The position numbers and the translations under genes are program-made. A DNA stretch of 64,000 nucleotides from an uncultured Deferribacteres bacterium (lineage in GTDB: Bacteria > Zhuqueibacterota > Zhuqueibacteria > Zhuqueibacterales > Geothermadaptataceae): positions 1 through 64,000 of the forward strand of contig CAXHAT010000010.1 of the NCBI GenBank assembly GCA_964014485.1, in the 5' to 3' direction. Under the pieces are notes generated by a model that was given only the letters and a program-made list of their open reading frames with translations, had not been told where the DNA came from and did no database searches. Below, one piece after another: positions 39,407-49,322 of this stretch (positions within the stretch are counted from its first letter, which is position 1; every line of letters begins with the position of its first letter).

Positions 39407-40075
39407 TCAGATTTTCGAGACCGCTGCAAAATATTTAGCTAGCTTTTTGCTCGATTTTTTGACCTCGCTGATCACTTCTTTTGTGGCGGGTACAGCGAAC
39501 TCGGACAGCACCGCTTTAAGGCTCGATTCTATCTCCGGCTGCATTCTTTTTCTTAAATCTTTTGTAGTTAAAATGTTTTGGGCAAGATTTTCCGGTTTCT
39601 CGAAAAACGCCAATTCCCCATCCCCCAAAGCCAGCGTTCTCCAACTGCGCCGCTTTGTTTTGATGCAAACGGCGCCGCATTTCGGAATGTTGGCGTTAAA
39701 GTCGGAAAGCATAGCTGCGGCGAAGTGCGAAAAACCGGGGTTATGGCCAAATAGCATCACATGTTGATAGCTGTTGTCAAGCTGATGCAGCTCAGTCAGA
39801 AAATCGTCAGGGGACAATGCTTCGTATAGCCCCCTGGTTTTGATAATTTGATCTTCGGGTATTTGCAGGATGTTTGCAAAGATGATAGCAGTGTCCAGCG
39901 CTCTGTTGGCTGAACTGGAGACAAGAAGCGAGGGCGGCAATTCAAGAGATTTGATTTTGCGCGCCATTTGATGTGATTGCAGCTCGCCTTTCGTTTTCAA
40001 CGGGCGTTCAAAATCAGGCTTGTCATGTTGAAAGCGAACGGCGGCGGCGTGGCGGACTAATGTAATCGTCTTCAT
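39407..40075 (-). CDS. SixA-like histidine phosphatase with C-terminal extension
   Basis: LVRHA, DFERPL, SSANRA.DTA and FGHNP motifs; GGAGAG RBS. Confidence 0.88.
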   Translation of the reverse strand: MKTITLVRHAAAVRFQHDKPDFERPLKTKGELQSHQMARKIKSLELPPSLLVSSSANRALDTAIIFANILQIPEDQIIKTRGLYEALSPDDFLTELHQLDNSYQHVMLFGHNPGFSHFAAAMLSDFNANIPKCGAVCIKTKRRSWRTLALGDGELAFFEKPENLAQNILTTKDLRKRMQPEIESSLKAVLSEFAVPATKEVISEVKKSSKKLAKYFAAVSKI

Positions 40076-40204
40076 TTCTCTCCATCCGATTGCCCTATGA
40101 GTTTATCTTGTCGTACACGATTCGGCGATGTGAATTTTCTGCTCTGGAATCAGTTGGGGACAAGATAAAATTCAATATTGTTATTTATTTGCGGTTTGAT
40201 TTGC

Positions 40205-40234
40205 AAATTAAGTTTGTGTTAACGGCTGTGATAA
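40205..40234 (-). promoter_or_regulatory. Candidate Pho-box-like direct repeats upstream of the polyphosphate operon
   Basis: On the minus strand TTATCACA, GTTAACAC and CTTAATTT recur at an exact 11-bp period, about 130 bp upstream of the sixA-like start. Confidence 0.35.
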
Positions 40235-40658
40235 AAGAAATTGTTCGCTCGCCACAGTCAAAATGAAGACAAGGGCGTCGGAAAACAGCAAGGTTTTTAT
40301 CAATTGATAATGTACGGCGGAAGAGTGTAGGAAGCGAGTCGTCTGTTCATGAATACCGCCCTTTTCCAACCATTGTCGTCTGACTTCAATAAGCGACAAT
40401 GGTCGTCCTGCATCCAGCGATAGAGCGCTCTAAAGTAGGATGAGCTTGCGTCTCATCTGGCAATTTTTTCTTAAATTTAATAAAAGCAAAGTACGTGTTC
40501 CCGCAAGCTCGTGGCCTGGTCCTTCAGGCGAAGCTTTAACTCCCGATCCCCATTCAGAAGGTATGATTAAATATCTTAATATCTTAACAAACCGCAAGGA
40601 AAAATGTGCAAACGATCGTCAGTGCTATGACAAAATCGCTCTGCGTTGCAAACGCAAA

Positions 40659-41222
40659 TTACCACGCGGAGTCGTGCGCCCAGGTCTTGCCGATGTCTGC
40701 GTACGGCACGCAGCCGTCGAATGTGCTGTGAATCGGTGCGTATTTCAGTTCTTGCGTCATGCCGATTTCCGAAGTGTAATACCCAACCAACGTCAATTCT
40801 TTCAGGCGATGAAAAAACGGCTTCTCTCCGGCAAGCTGGATGGAAGCGAACGAGCCTTCGCTTGCTTCCATAGCTTTTAAATGTTGAACCTGCTCTTCTT
40901 GCGGAAGCGAAACGAAGCCGTCTGTTTCAATTTCAGACAATCCGATCATGAAGCCGTCGCGTTCTTTCGGCGTGTACCAGTCCGCCAGCATCGCGTCGAT
41001 AAATTGATGCACTCCTGCTGCATGCGCACCCGGCGTGTCGGTTTCTGGGATGATTAAATCCGTCAACGCCGCCACAAGTTCGGCCTGCTCGTCGGTCAGG
41101 AATTTGGGCTTCCAGCCGGGAGCGCCTGCTTGACAGCCGGACAAAACCGCGGAAATGGTTGAAGAAGATAATGCGCCGCCCAAAGCGATGCTGATATTCT
41201 TTAGCGCTTGTCTTCGATCCAT
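40659..41222 (-). CDS. Gluconate 2-dehydrogenase subunit 3 family protein (Tat-exported GMC partner)
   Basis: MDRRQALK twin-arginine signal, IIPETDTPGA and LKELTLVGYYTSEIG motifs; ATG 41222. Confidence 0.9.
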   Translation of the reverse strand: MDRRQALKNISIALGGALSSSTISAVLSGCQAGAPGWKPKFLTDEQAELVAALTDLIIPETDTPGAHAAGVHQFIDAMLADWYTPKERDGFMIGLSEIETDGFVSLPQEEQVQHLKAMEASEGSFASIQLAGEKPFFHRLKELTLVGYYTSEIGMTQELKYAPIHSTFDGCVPYADIGKTWAHDSAW

Positions 41223-41398
41223 GCGTATGCTCAAGTTTGGAATGAGAAAGTTTTTGCGACAACTAAAACTCAAAAAATGGCAAGAAAGTCAAGCAGAAAC
41301 GCGCTAGGTTGAAAGACGCTGTAGAATTAATTTGGGACTTTCTCGTTTCAATAGACAACAGCGCTACATTACGGGAAGTCGTGTAGCCTGTGGCGCGC

Positions 41399-44300
41399 TT
41401 ATTTGACTTTGGTGACTTCGCCGTCGCGCTTGACAATTATTTCCCTTGCTCCCGCCGGAATTTCGGATTCAATCGTTTCTCCACTCGGCCAACGCACTTG
41501 CACGTTTTTAACGCCCTCTCGAACGCCGAAAACTTGCACCGCTGAGCTCTGAGACCAATAACCGGAACCTGCCTGAATTTCTCGCACCGGCCCGTCCCCA
41601 TTTTCATATTTTACACGAACAACAGCGCCGACGCCGTGCGGGTTTTCAGAAGCGCCTTGCAAACGCACGCGCAAACCCGGCTTGGCTCCAACGTTTTTAA
41701 AGAGCATTGTTTCTGCTGCGTTTTGCGAAACGACAAGATCAACGCGCCCGTCGCCGTCGTAGTCGCTCAAGGCTGCAGCGCGCTGCTCGCCGTAAGCTTC
41801 GACGCCGGACTCTTGCGCGTGAACGGCTTGCAAGCCGCCTTTGCCGTCGCCGCGCAGCCAAAGTCCGCGCCCGGCGTCAGAGCGGGATGTAGCTTCCGGG
41901 TATGAGAAGAAGTTTTGGCTTAAAAAAACGTCATCATGGCCGTCGCCGTCAAAGTCTGCAATACCCGCATGAAAAGCCGGAGTGAGCTGCGCTTCAAGCG
42001 GCAACTCCACGGCTTCAAATTTCTCGCCGCGATTGAAAAACACCATATGCGCCAACGTATTTGTCGCAAGACTTCCTGCATCACTTTTTAATCTTGGTCC
42101 CGCGATTTCCTGGACAGTGGAACGGCTGTATTTCTTGTGGCTGGGCATGCGCATTCGCGTCATCGGTATCGCCCGCATCATCGTGTTCAGGTTGCGGAAC
42201 GGCATATAGGCTTGCAGCTCGGGAACAAAATAGGATTCGATAATATCGATGACGCCGTTGCGATCAAAATCATAATAAAAAAGGCGTAATGGATTTTCGG
42301 CAGTGATTTTTCCAGCGTATTTATTGTTTAAGCCCCAGTTGGTCGCGATAATGTCGAGCTTGCCGTCTTCGTCCAGGTCGCCGGTCGTGACGCCGTTCCA
42401 CCAGCCGAGATATTGCGACAGCCCCAGCGCTTCGGTCACATTCTCAAATGCGCCGTTTGTGTTGCGGAAAATGTTTACTGCGCCCCACTCTACCGCAAGA
42501 ATCAAGTCCGGGTCGCCGTCCGAATCAAAATCACTGAACACCGCGCCCGAAACCATGCCGAATTGAGCTAGCTTCTCCGAATTCAGATCGTCCTTTTGAA
42601 AAACGCCCTTTTCGTTTTTGTAGAGAAATGATGGAGCCGGAACGCCGTACCGTCCGGGAATGCTGCGTCCGCCAACAAACAAATCGAGATCGCCGTCACC
42701 GTCGTAGTCCGCCATAGCCAGCGGCCCAACGCCAGCCGCGCCCGCAGTAATTTTGGAGCCTTGTGAACCGGCCCTTTGTTCATCAGCAGGCATTTGCTCG
42801 ATAAATGAAGCTTCTCTGGAAATGCTCTCAAAATTTGAATGACTGACCAATAAAGACGCCGAGTTATCCGCACCCGTCCAGGCCAACACGCCTGTTTTTT
42901 CGTATTCTGTGACAGCGCCGTTCACCAGCCGTTCTTCTTTTCTAAAAGCGCCGTTTTCGTTTTTAAAGGCTGCGACAGCGCCGTCTCTTCCATTCGAAAT
43001 AAGCAGATCGTCGTCCCCGTCGCCGTCCCAATCATGCCAGGAAACGCCCGGCCCCAGGCGGCTATGACGCACCGGCATGAGCGGCTGGCGCACAAAATCA
43101 TCAAACGGGCCTTCATAATGCTTGTGGTCGAGCAAATGGCTGACGTCTTCAAAAAAAGGCTTTGGCTGGAGTTGCTTGGCAGCCTCAACGACTCTTGCTG
43201 AAGATTCATCGATTTCGTAAATGCGATTTGGCTGAACGTTTTCAACTGTACTGACCATTCCGTTTCGCCACGTTACCTCAATCGAAAAATCTTTCCCGCC
43301 GGTTGCGGCGAAAACCGCCATTGGATCGGAGCTTGAAAGATAGGCTCCGCCGGCGATGATTTCTTTCATCTGTATTTTCCCGTCCCCGAGCAGACGGATT
43401 TTGGCGCCGATTCCTTGCGTATTCGGCGCTTTGCCGCGTAGACGAATCGCAATTCTGTCTTCCGCCGTTTCATTGCGATAAATAGCCGCTTTTGCATTCA
43501 ATCGATTCATGACAACGTCCAAATCGCCGTCGTTGTCTAAATCGCCCAACGCCATGCCGTTGCTTATGTCCGGCGTAGAGAGTCCCCAGCTTTGACTGAC
43601 GTCTTCAAACGTCAAATTGCCGCGATTTCGGAAAGCGGCGTTCGGCAGTTTGAGTTCAGGGTGGAGAAAAATGGTGTTTAAGCGATTATTGCTTGGCGGC
43701 GCCGTTTCTGAATATTGAATGGCGCTGGCAGTGAATCCGATTCGCTCTCTGCCAAGTTCCTGTGCGTCAAAATCCTGTGCGTCGTAATAGTGGCCGGTGG
43801 CGATGATCACGTCTTCATAACCGTCAAGATCGATGTCAAAAAACAAATTTGACCAGGACCATTCGGATGCGTCAATTCCGCTGTACTGCGCGATTTCGGA
43901 GTAGGTTTTGTCGCCATTGTTAAGAAAAAGCGTGTTGCGCATGTGCTGGGGGCGATTGTCAATCTCGCCCGGCATGTGGGGGAGCGGCACGGCGGTGCTT
44001 TTTTGCGTCATTCGGAATTGGTGATTGCGGCTGAGCATGTCAACAACTAAAAAATCCTGATCGCCGTCGCGGTCAATGTCTGAAAAATCAATCGCCATCG
44101 AAGAGTTGCTGATATTGCGGATTGCGAGCTTGGGAATCGCTTGAAAACGACCAGTTCCGTCATTAATCCAAATGCGGTCGGGCGACTCGAAATCGTTGCA
44201 GACGTAAATGTCCGGATCGCCGTCGCCGTCCATGTCCTGGAATCGTGCCATCAAGCCCCAATCCTTGAGCGTTTCCATCTTTTCGCCTGCTTCATCAAGG

Positions 44301-45142
44301 AAGGCGCCGCCCGTCATATCAACTTTTTCGAATTTTCCGGTTCCGTCGTTGAGGAGCAACTGATCCGGCTCTCCCGTTTCCTGAAACAAGACCCATTCGC
44401 CGCGAATATCCAGAACAAAATGCTCCCGAAATCGCGGTTGGATGCTGTACTCGCCGTCGACTTCGTCAACAATGAATTCGAAAACCAGCTCGCCGGCGTC
44501 CCAAATGTCTTTCGCACTTTTCTTTTTATAGTTTGCGATGTAGACGTCCAGATCGGCATCGCCGTCAACGTCCGCCAACGCCATGGTTGATGCGCCTGTT
44601 TTGGCGGAAAACCCGTAGGCTTCAGTAACGTCGGTGAATTTTCCTGAGCCGTCATTGAGAAAAAGCGCATTTGGACCGCCAACAGCCGTGACAAGCAGGT
44701 CGAGGTCAAAATCGCCGTCAACATCTGCGAACACGGCGCCGGAAGAATTCTGGTCTTCGCAAGTAACGCCGGCGCTTTGCGCGACGTCTTCAAAGCGCCA
44801 GTCGCCGAGATTTTTGTAAAGCGCATTTGGCCCGTCGAGTCGACTAAAATAAATATCGGCAAGCCCGTCGCCGTCGACGTCTCCAACGGCTACGCCTGAG
44901 CCGTTGAGGAGTATGCGATTTTTTTCGATAACCGCTTTCTCCAAATCATTGGAAAAAACAATGCCGGTTTTCGATGAGTCTTGCAGTTTAAAACCGGTCT
45001 CTCCCCAGAATGGAACGTTTAGGTTTGACCATTTGTAGCCGACTTCTTCATGCCATTCGAGCGTATTATCGGTTGTGCAAGAAATCAGCGCTAAACACAA
45101 AAAGGACGCAAAGATATTTTTGGCGATCATATTTCCGAGCAT
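41399..45142 (-). CDS. FG-GAP/VCBS repeat lipoprotein with two ASPIC/UnbV domains (CRTAC1-like)
   Basis: Lipobox LISC; many DxDGDxDxD repeats; GGAYLSS and GSGYWSQ ASPIC motifs; start at ATG 45142 or 45130. Confidence 0.9.
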   Translation of the reverse strand: MLGNMIAKNIFASFLCLALISCTTDNTLEWHEEVGYKWSNLNVPFWGETGFKLQDSSKTGIVFSNDLEKAVIEKNRILLNGSGVAVGDVDGDGLADIYFSRLDGPNALYKNLGDWRFEDVAQSAGVTCEDQNSSGAVFADVDGDFDLDLLVTAVGGPNALFLNDGSGKFTDVTEAYGFSAKTGASTMALADVDGDADLDVYIANYKKKSAKDIWDAGELVFEFIVDEVDGEYSIQPRFREHFVLDIRGEWVLFQETGEPDQLLLNDGTGKFEKVDMTGGAFLDEAGEKMETLKDWGLMARFQDMDGDGDPDIYVCNDFESPDRIWINDGTGRFQAIPKLAIRNISNSSMAIDFSDIDRDGDQDFLVVDMLSRNHQFRMTQKSTAVPLPHMPGEIDNRPQHMRNTLFLNNGDKTYSEIAQYSGIDASEWSWSNLFFDIDLDGYEDVIIATGHYYDAQDFDAQELGRERIGFTASAIQYSETAPPSNNRLNTIFLHPELKLPNAAFRNRGNLTFEDVSQSWGLSTPDISNGMALGDLDNDGDLDVVMNRLNAKAAIYRNETAEDRIAIRLRGKAPNTQGIGAKIRLLGDGKIQMKEIIAGGAYLSSSDPMAVFAATGGKDFSIEVTWRNGMVSTVENVQPNRIYEIDESSARVVEAAKQLQPKPFFEDVSHLLDHKHYEGPFDDFVRQPLMPVRHSRLGPGVSWHDWDGDGDDDLLISNGRDGAVAAFKNENGAFRKEERLVNGAVTEYEKTGVLAWTGADNSASLLVSHSNFESISREASFIEQMPADEQRAGSQGSKITAGAAGVGPLAMADYDGDGDLDLFVGGRSIPGRYGVPAPSFLYKNEKGVFQKDDLNSEKLAQFGMVSGAVFSDFDSDGDPDLILAVEWGAVNIFRNTNGAFENVTEALGLSQYLGWWNGVTTGDLDEDGKLDIIATNWGLNNKYAGKITAENPLRLFYYDFDRNGVIDIIESYFVPELQAYMPFRNLNTMMRAIPMTRMRMPSHKKYSRSTVQEIAGPRLKSDAGSLATNTLAHMVFFNRGEKFEAVELPLEAQLTPAFHAGIADFDGDGHDDVFLSQNFFSYPEATSRSDAGRGLWLRGDGKGGLQAVHAQESGVEAYGEQRAAALSDYDGDGRVDLVVSQNAAETMLFKNVGAKPGLRVRLQGASENPHGVGAVVRVKYENGDGPVREIQAGSGYWSQSSAVQVFGVREGVKNVQVRWPSGETIESEIPAGAREIIVKRDGEVTKVK

Positions 45143-45185
45143 TTTTTGATTGTTTTTTCGAAGGCGGGCGTTTGAGGTGAGTTTA

Positions 45186-45232
45186 AGAATTGCAAGGTCT
45201 GCCGCAAACTTTCGGGCAAACTTTGCAATTCT
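45186..45232. repeat. Intergenic imperfect inverted repeat
   Basis: AGAATTGCAAGGTCTGCC ... GGCAAACTTTGCAATTCT; 18-bp arms with 2 mismatches. Confidence 0.55.
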
Positions 45233-45256
45233 CAATTTTGAAGGTTTGCGCCAGAC

Positions 45257-45481
45257 TTACGCCCACCTGGAGCCGAAGACTTCGTTCGCGGCATTTTCAA
45301 AGTGCAAGCTCAAGCCGCCGCCGTCATTCGGATCTTCAGTCGTTTGATTGTCTCTTTCTTCAGGGTCTTGTTCTTCTTCTATTCGCGGCGCCAATAGTCC
45401 ATTATTACAGGCGGACAAAAAGACTGTGGAAATTGAGAAAACGAGCAAAAGTACGAAGCTAATGAAACGGTGCTTTTTCAT
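45257..45481 (-). CDS. Small acidic lipoprotein (74 aa)
   Basis: GAGGT RBS; MKKHR + hydrophobic stretch + LSAC lipobox; fits between the two ASPIC genes on the same strand. Confidence 0.7.
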   Translation of the reverse strand: MKKHRFISFVLLLVFSISTVFLSACNNGLLAPRIEEEQDPEERDNQTTEDPNDGGGLSLHFENAANEVFGSRWA

Positions 45482-45536
45482 AACTTTTACCTCACAATAA
45501 GGTTAATCAATAAACGCAATGTAAATGAAAAAAAGG

Positions 45537-48500
45537 CTATTTGCCAGTAAAACGAACCACGACTTCTTCAGTTCCGGAAGAAATGTTTTTTTGAGTAATT
45601 TTTCCTCCAGGCCAGCGCACCTGGATTCCCTTTGCTCCGTCGCGCAAGCCAAGCACGTGCACGTCTGAATTTTGAGACCAATATCCCGAGCCGGATTGCA
45701 CTTCGCGCGCCGGTCCAAGTCCATTTTCATAGACGATCCGAACGAGAGCGCCAATCCCGGAAGGATTGCCTGGCGGCCCCGCCAACTTCACGCGCAGGCC
45801 CGGCTTGGCGCCCGCGTTTTTATAAAGTTTTGTTTCGGCGCCGTTTTGAGAAACGGCGAGATCGACTCTGCCGTCTTTGTTGTAATCGCTCAATGCCGCG
45901 CCGCGTTGTTCGCCATAAATTTTGATTCCGGAATCTTGACCAGGTACTGCCGCCAAGCCGCCGCTTCCATCGCCTTTCAGCCAGAGACCGCGCCCGGCGT
46001 CGGAGCGCGAACTTTCAACGCGCTGAGCGAAAAAGTTTTGGCTTAGAAAAACATCGTCATGTCCGTCGCCGTCGTAATCTGCGACTCCAGCGTAGAAAGC
46101 TGGGGCGAACTGCGCTTCCGCGGGAAGCGGCTTTGCTTCAAATCGGTCGCCCTGATTTATGAAGACGGCGTGCGCCAGAAAACTGGCTTGCAGTTCCTGC
46201 GCTTTATCAAATTTCGGCCCGATGACGTCTTCAATTCCTGAGTGACTGTAAACGCTGTAATCGGTGAATCGCCTGCGCAAGTCAGGCATAGCCATTTGCA
46301 ACCAAAATAATTCGTTTTCCGGAGCGTAGGCGCCTAATTCGGGAGTGTAAACCGTTTCAAAAAGATCGAGCGAGCTGTTGTTGTCAAAATCGTTGAAATA
46401 CAGACGCAGCGGATGTTTTTTGCTGTAGCGATGCTCATACTTGCTGTTCAACCCCCAATTTGTCGCAATAATATCCAGGGCTCCGTCTTCGTCAAAATCG
46501 CCTGTCGCGACGCCCTGCCACCAGCCATGATAATCAGTCAGCCCCAATTCATGAGTAGCGTCTGCGAAAACGCCGTCATCGTTTCTGAAAATGGTGATCG
46601 GGCCCCATTCAATGGCCAGAATCAAGTCAGAATCGCCGTCGCCGTCGTAGTCGCTGAAGATCGCTGAGGAGACCATGCCGACGTGTGCAAAATTTGAATT
46701 ATTGGCGCTGTCCGGGAGAAAAACGCCGTTTTCATTGCGGTAAAGTTTTGACGATGCGGCTTCAGGAAAACGCATCGGCACGCTGCGGCCGCCCGCGAAA
46801 AGGTCGAGATCGCCGTCCAAATCATAGTCCGCCATTGTCAGCGCCCCGGGGTTTGACGCCCCGAATGAAATTTTGCTAGCGGGTTTGAATTGGCCGTTCT
46901 GAAAAACAAACTGTGCAATTGAAGATTTTTCCGGCTGCATGCTTTCCAAATTTGACTGACTAACCCAAAGGCGCGGGGTCTTTGTTTGATCGCGCCAAAT
47001 GATCAATCCGTTTTGATCACCGACATTTTTTTCGCTGAATACGCCGCCCGAAAACTGTTCAAAACCACCGTTCCCGTCGTTCCGAAATCCTGCCAGGCTT
47101 CCGTCTCTGCCGCCGCCTATCAAGAGATCGTCAAAGCCGTCGTTGTCGAGATCGTGCCAAACCAGCCCAGGCCCAAGCTGGCTCAGTTTTTTGGGCAACA
47201 ATACTTGCTGCTGAAAATCATCCCAAGGCTCTTCATGATGTATGTGATCGAGCGCTTCACTCACATTCTCAAAATAGGGTTTTGAAGCTTTTGGCGACTG
47301 AACTGGATCATCTGCGGCCCGCGTCGCTCCGGTTTCGTGGATTTCGTAAATTCGATTACCTTTTGCATTCCGGATCACGCTCGTCGCACCGCTGCGCCAC
47401 TTGACTTCAATGGTTAGGCCCCGATCAAGATCGGCTGCGGCAAACATATAAATTTGGTCGGAGCTTGAGAGATATGCGCCCCCGGCGATAACCTCCTTGC
47501 TTTGCAGTACCGGGCCGCCTGAGACGCGTATTTGAGAACCGACGCCTCGGGTGTTTGGCGGCAGACCTTTCAAGCGTACGGCTATGCGAGGTTCAGAAGC
47601 TCTGTTGCGATAAACCGCCGCAGTTGTGTCGAGCCGATTGGCGACGAGATCAAGATCGCCGTCATTGTCAAAATCGCCCAGCGCCATGCCGTGTGTGACG
47701 TCTTTTGAATCCAAGCCCCAGTCGGTTGTCACGTCTTCAAAAGTCAGGTCGCCGCGGTTGCGAAAGGCGGCGTTCGGCAGTTTCAGGTCTGGGTATTCTA
47801 AAATTTGTTTTTGCCAAGTGCTCAGGCTGGAATAGGCCCGCGTCCCTAATTTTTTGAGCGTGTTTTCATCAAGCGCATCATGATAATGCCCTGTCCCGAT
47901 CACAATGTCTTCAAAACCGTCAAGATCAACGTCCAGGAAAAAGGGCGACCAGGACCAGTCGGAAGCGGCGACCCCGCTAAATTGTGCGATTTCGGTGTAA
48001 GTGTCGTCACCGCGATTTAAGAAAAGCGTGTTTCGTGAGTATTGCGGTCTGTCATCAATGACGCCGACGGAGTGGGGGAGAGGGACGCGATGGTAACGTT
48101 GCCGTTTTCGGAGACGATGGTCTCGGCTGAGCATGTCAAGCAGCAAAAAGTCCAAATCACCGTCGCGGTCAATGTCAGAGAAATCGACGCCCATGGTCGC
48201 CCAACTGGTATTGCGCATGGCAAGCTTCGGCATAGCGCGAAAATTTCCGGCGCCGTCGTTAATCCAGGCGTGATCCGGGCTCTCAAAATCGTTGCAAACG
48301 TAGATGTCAGGATCGCCGTCCTGATCAAAATCCTGGAAGCGCGCCGTTAGGCCCCAATCTTTGCGGTCAGTGATGCGCTCGCCGTTTTCATCCAGAAAGC
48401 GACCGTCGGTAAACGAGACGGGTGTGAATCGTCCGTTTCCGTCATTGAGGTAAAGCATGTCCGGTTCGGCGACTTCGTAGCGCGTCAAGACTTCATCGTT

Positions 48501-49271
48501 CAAATAGCCAAGCTCGTAGTGTTCTTTAAACTCTGCATCAATCTCAAAAGCCCCGGATCGCATCTGCCGCACGACGTTGTCAAAAGCGATTCGCCGGGGA
48601 ATGTATTGATCTTTCACCGTTCGTTTTTTGTAATTGGCGACGTAAAGGTCGAGGTCGTTGTCGCCGTCAACATCGGCCAGAGCCATCGTGGTTGCGCCTG
48701 AGTCGCCGAAAAGTCCGGAAGCTGCCGTCGCATCACTGAATTTTCCCGTACCGTCGTTCAAAAAGCAATAGTTTGGCCCGCCCAGTGTTGTCACCAACAA
48801 ATCAAGATCGTCGTCACCATCTAAGTCCGCGAAAGTTGCGCCGGTCGAGAAATCTTCTGAGCACGTCACGCCGGATTGTTCGGCAATGTTCTCAAATTCC
48901 CAGCCGCCGAGATTTTTATAAAGCGCATTGGCGCCGTTCAAGCGGCAAAAGTAAATATCCGCTAACCCGTCGCCGTCCACATCACCGACGGCTACGCCTG
49001 AGCCGTTCAACAAATGGCGGTTTTGGGTTAATTGCTCGACGGTTAAGCCGTTTGAAAAATCAATGCCGGTTTTAGACGCAGGAAGCAAGTCAAAGCCGGT
49101 TTTCCCGGATGACGAAATCGATAGCTCAGCCCATCGGAAATTCTGTTCTTGACGCCATTCCAATTTTTTCTGTTCTGATGAGCATGAAAAAAGGAAAGCG
49201 ATGCTTGGTGAGAGAAGAAGAAAAAGCGTGGTTAGCCTGGTTGTCATTTGAGCGATAAGTGATCTGGGCAT
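45537..49271 (-). CDS. FG-GAP/VCBS repeat lipoprotein with two ASPIC/UnbV domains (paralog of 41399-45142)
   Basis: Lipobox LFSC; colinear with its neighbour, sharing NGSGVAVGDVDGDGLADIYF, DPDIYVCNDFESPD and SRSDAGRGLWL. Confidence 0.9.
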   Translation of the reverse strand: MPRSLIAQMTTRLTTLFLLLSPSIAFLFSCSSEQKKLEWRQEQNFRWAELSISSSGKTGFDLLPASKTGIDFSNGLTVEQLTQNRHLLNGSGVAVGDVDGDGLADIYFCRLNGANALYKNLGGWEFENIAEQSGVTCSEDFSTGATFADLDGDDDLDLLVTTLGGPNYCFLNDGTGKFSDATAASGLFGDSGATTMALADVDGDNDLDLYVANYKKRTVKDQYIPRRIAFDNVVRQMRSGAFEIDAEFKEHYELGYLNDEVLTRYEVAEPDMLYLNDGNGRFTPVSFTDGRFLDENGERITDRKDWGLTARFQDFDQDGDPDIYVCNDFESPDHAWINDGAGNFRAMPKLAMRNTSWATMGVDFSDIDRDGDLDFLLLDMLSRDHRLRKRQRYHRVPLPHSVGVIDDRPQYSRNTLFLNRGDDTYTEIAQFSGVAASDWSWSPFFLDVDLDGFEDIVIGTGHYHDALDENTLKKLGTRAYSSLSTWQKQILEYPDLKLPNAAFRNRGDLTFEDVTTDWGLDSKDVTHGMALGDFDNDGDLDLVANRLDTTAAVYRNRASEPRIAVRLKGLPPNTRGVGSQIRVSGGPVLQSKEVIAGGAYLSSSDQIYMFAAADLDRGLTIEVKWRSGATSVIRNAKGNRIYEIHETGATRAADDPVQSPKASKPYFENVSEALDHIHHEEPWDDFQQQVLLPKKLSQLGPGLVWHDLDNDGFDDLLIGGGRDGSLAGFRNDGNGGFEQFSGGVFSEKNVGDQNGLIIWRDQTKTPRLWVSQSNLESMQPEKSSIAQFVFQNGQFKPASKISFGASNPGALTMADYDLDGDLDLFAGGRSVPMRFPEAASSKLYRNENGVFLPDSANNSNFAHVGMVSSAIFSDYDGDGDSDLILAIEWGPITIFRNDDGVFADATHELGLTDYHGWWQGVATGDFDEDGALDIIATNWGLNSKYEHRYSKKHPLRLYFNDFDNNSSLDLFETVYTPELGAYAPENELFWLQMAMPDLRRRFTDYSVYSHSGIEDVIGPKFDKAQELQASFLAHAVFINQGDRFEAKPLPAEAQFAPAFYAGVADYDGDGHDDVFLSQNFFAQRVESSRSDAGRGLWLKGDGSGGLAAVPGQDSGIKIYGEQRGAALSDYNKDGRVDLAVSQNGAETKLYKNAGAKPGLRVKLAGPPGNPSGIGALVRIVYENGLGPAREVQSGSGYWSQNSDVHVLGLRDGAKGIQVRWPGGKITQKNISSGTEEVVVRFTGK

Positions 49272-49322
49272 GTATGAATTTATGTGAGTAAAACGGTTTG
49301 CAAGCTTGCGCTTTCGGTATAA

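Noticed and set aside
40440..40880. 146-aa plus-strand ORF, and the 63-aa minus-strand ORF at 40208-40399
   Set aside because: The first overlaps the subunit-3 gene in antisense. Neither has motifs or a convincing start context.
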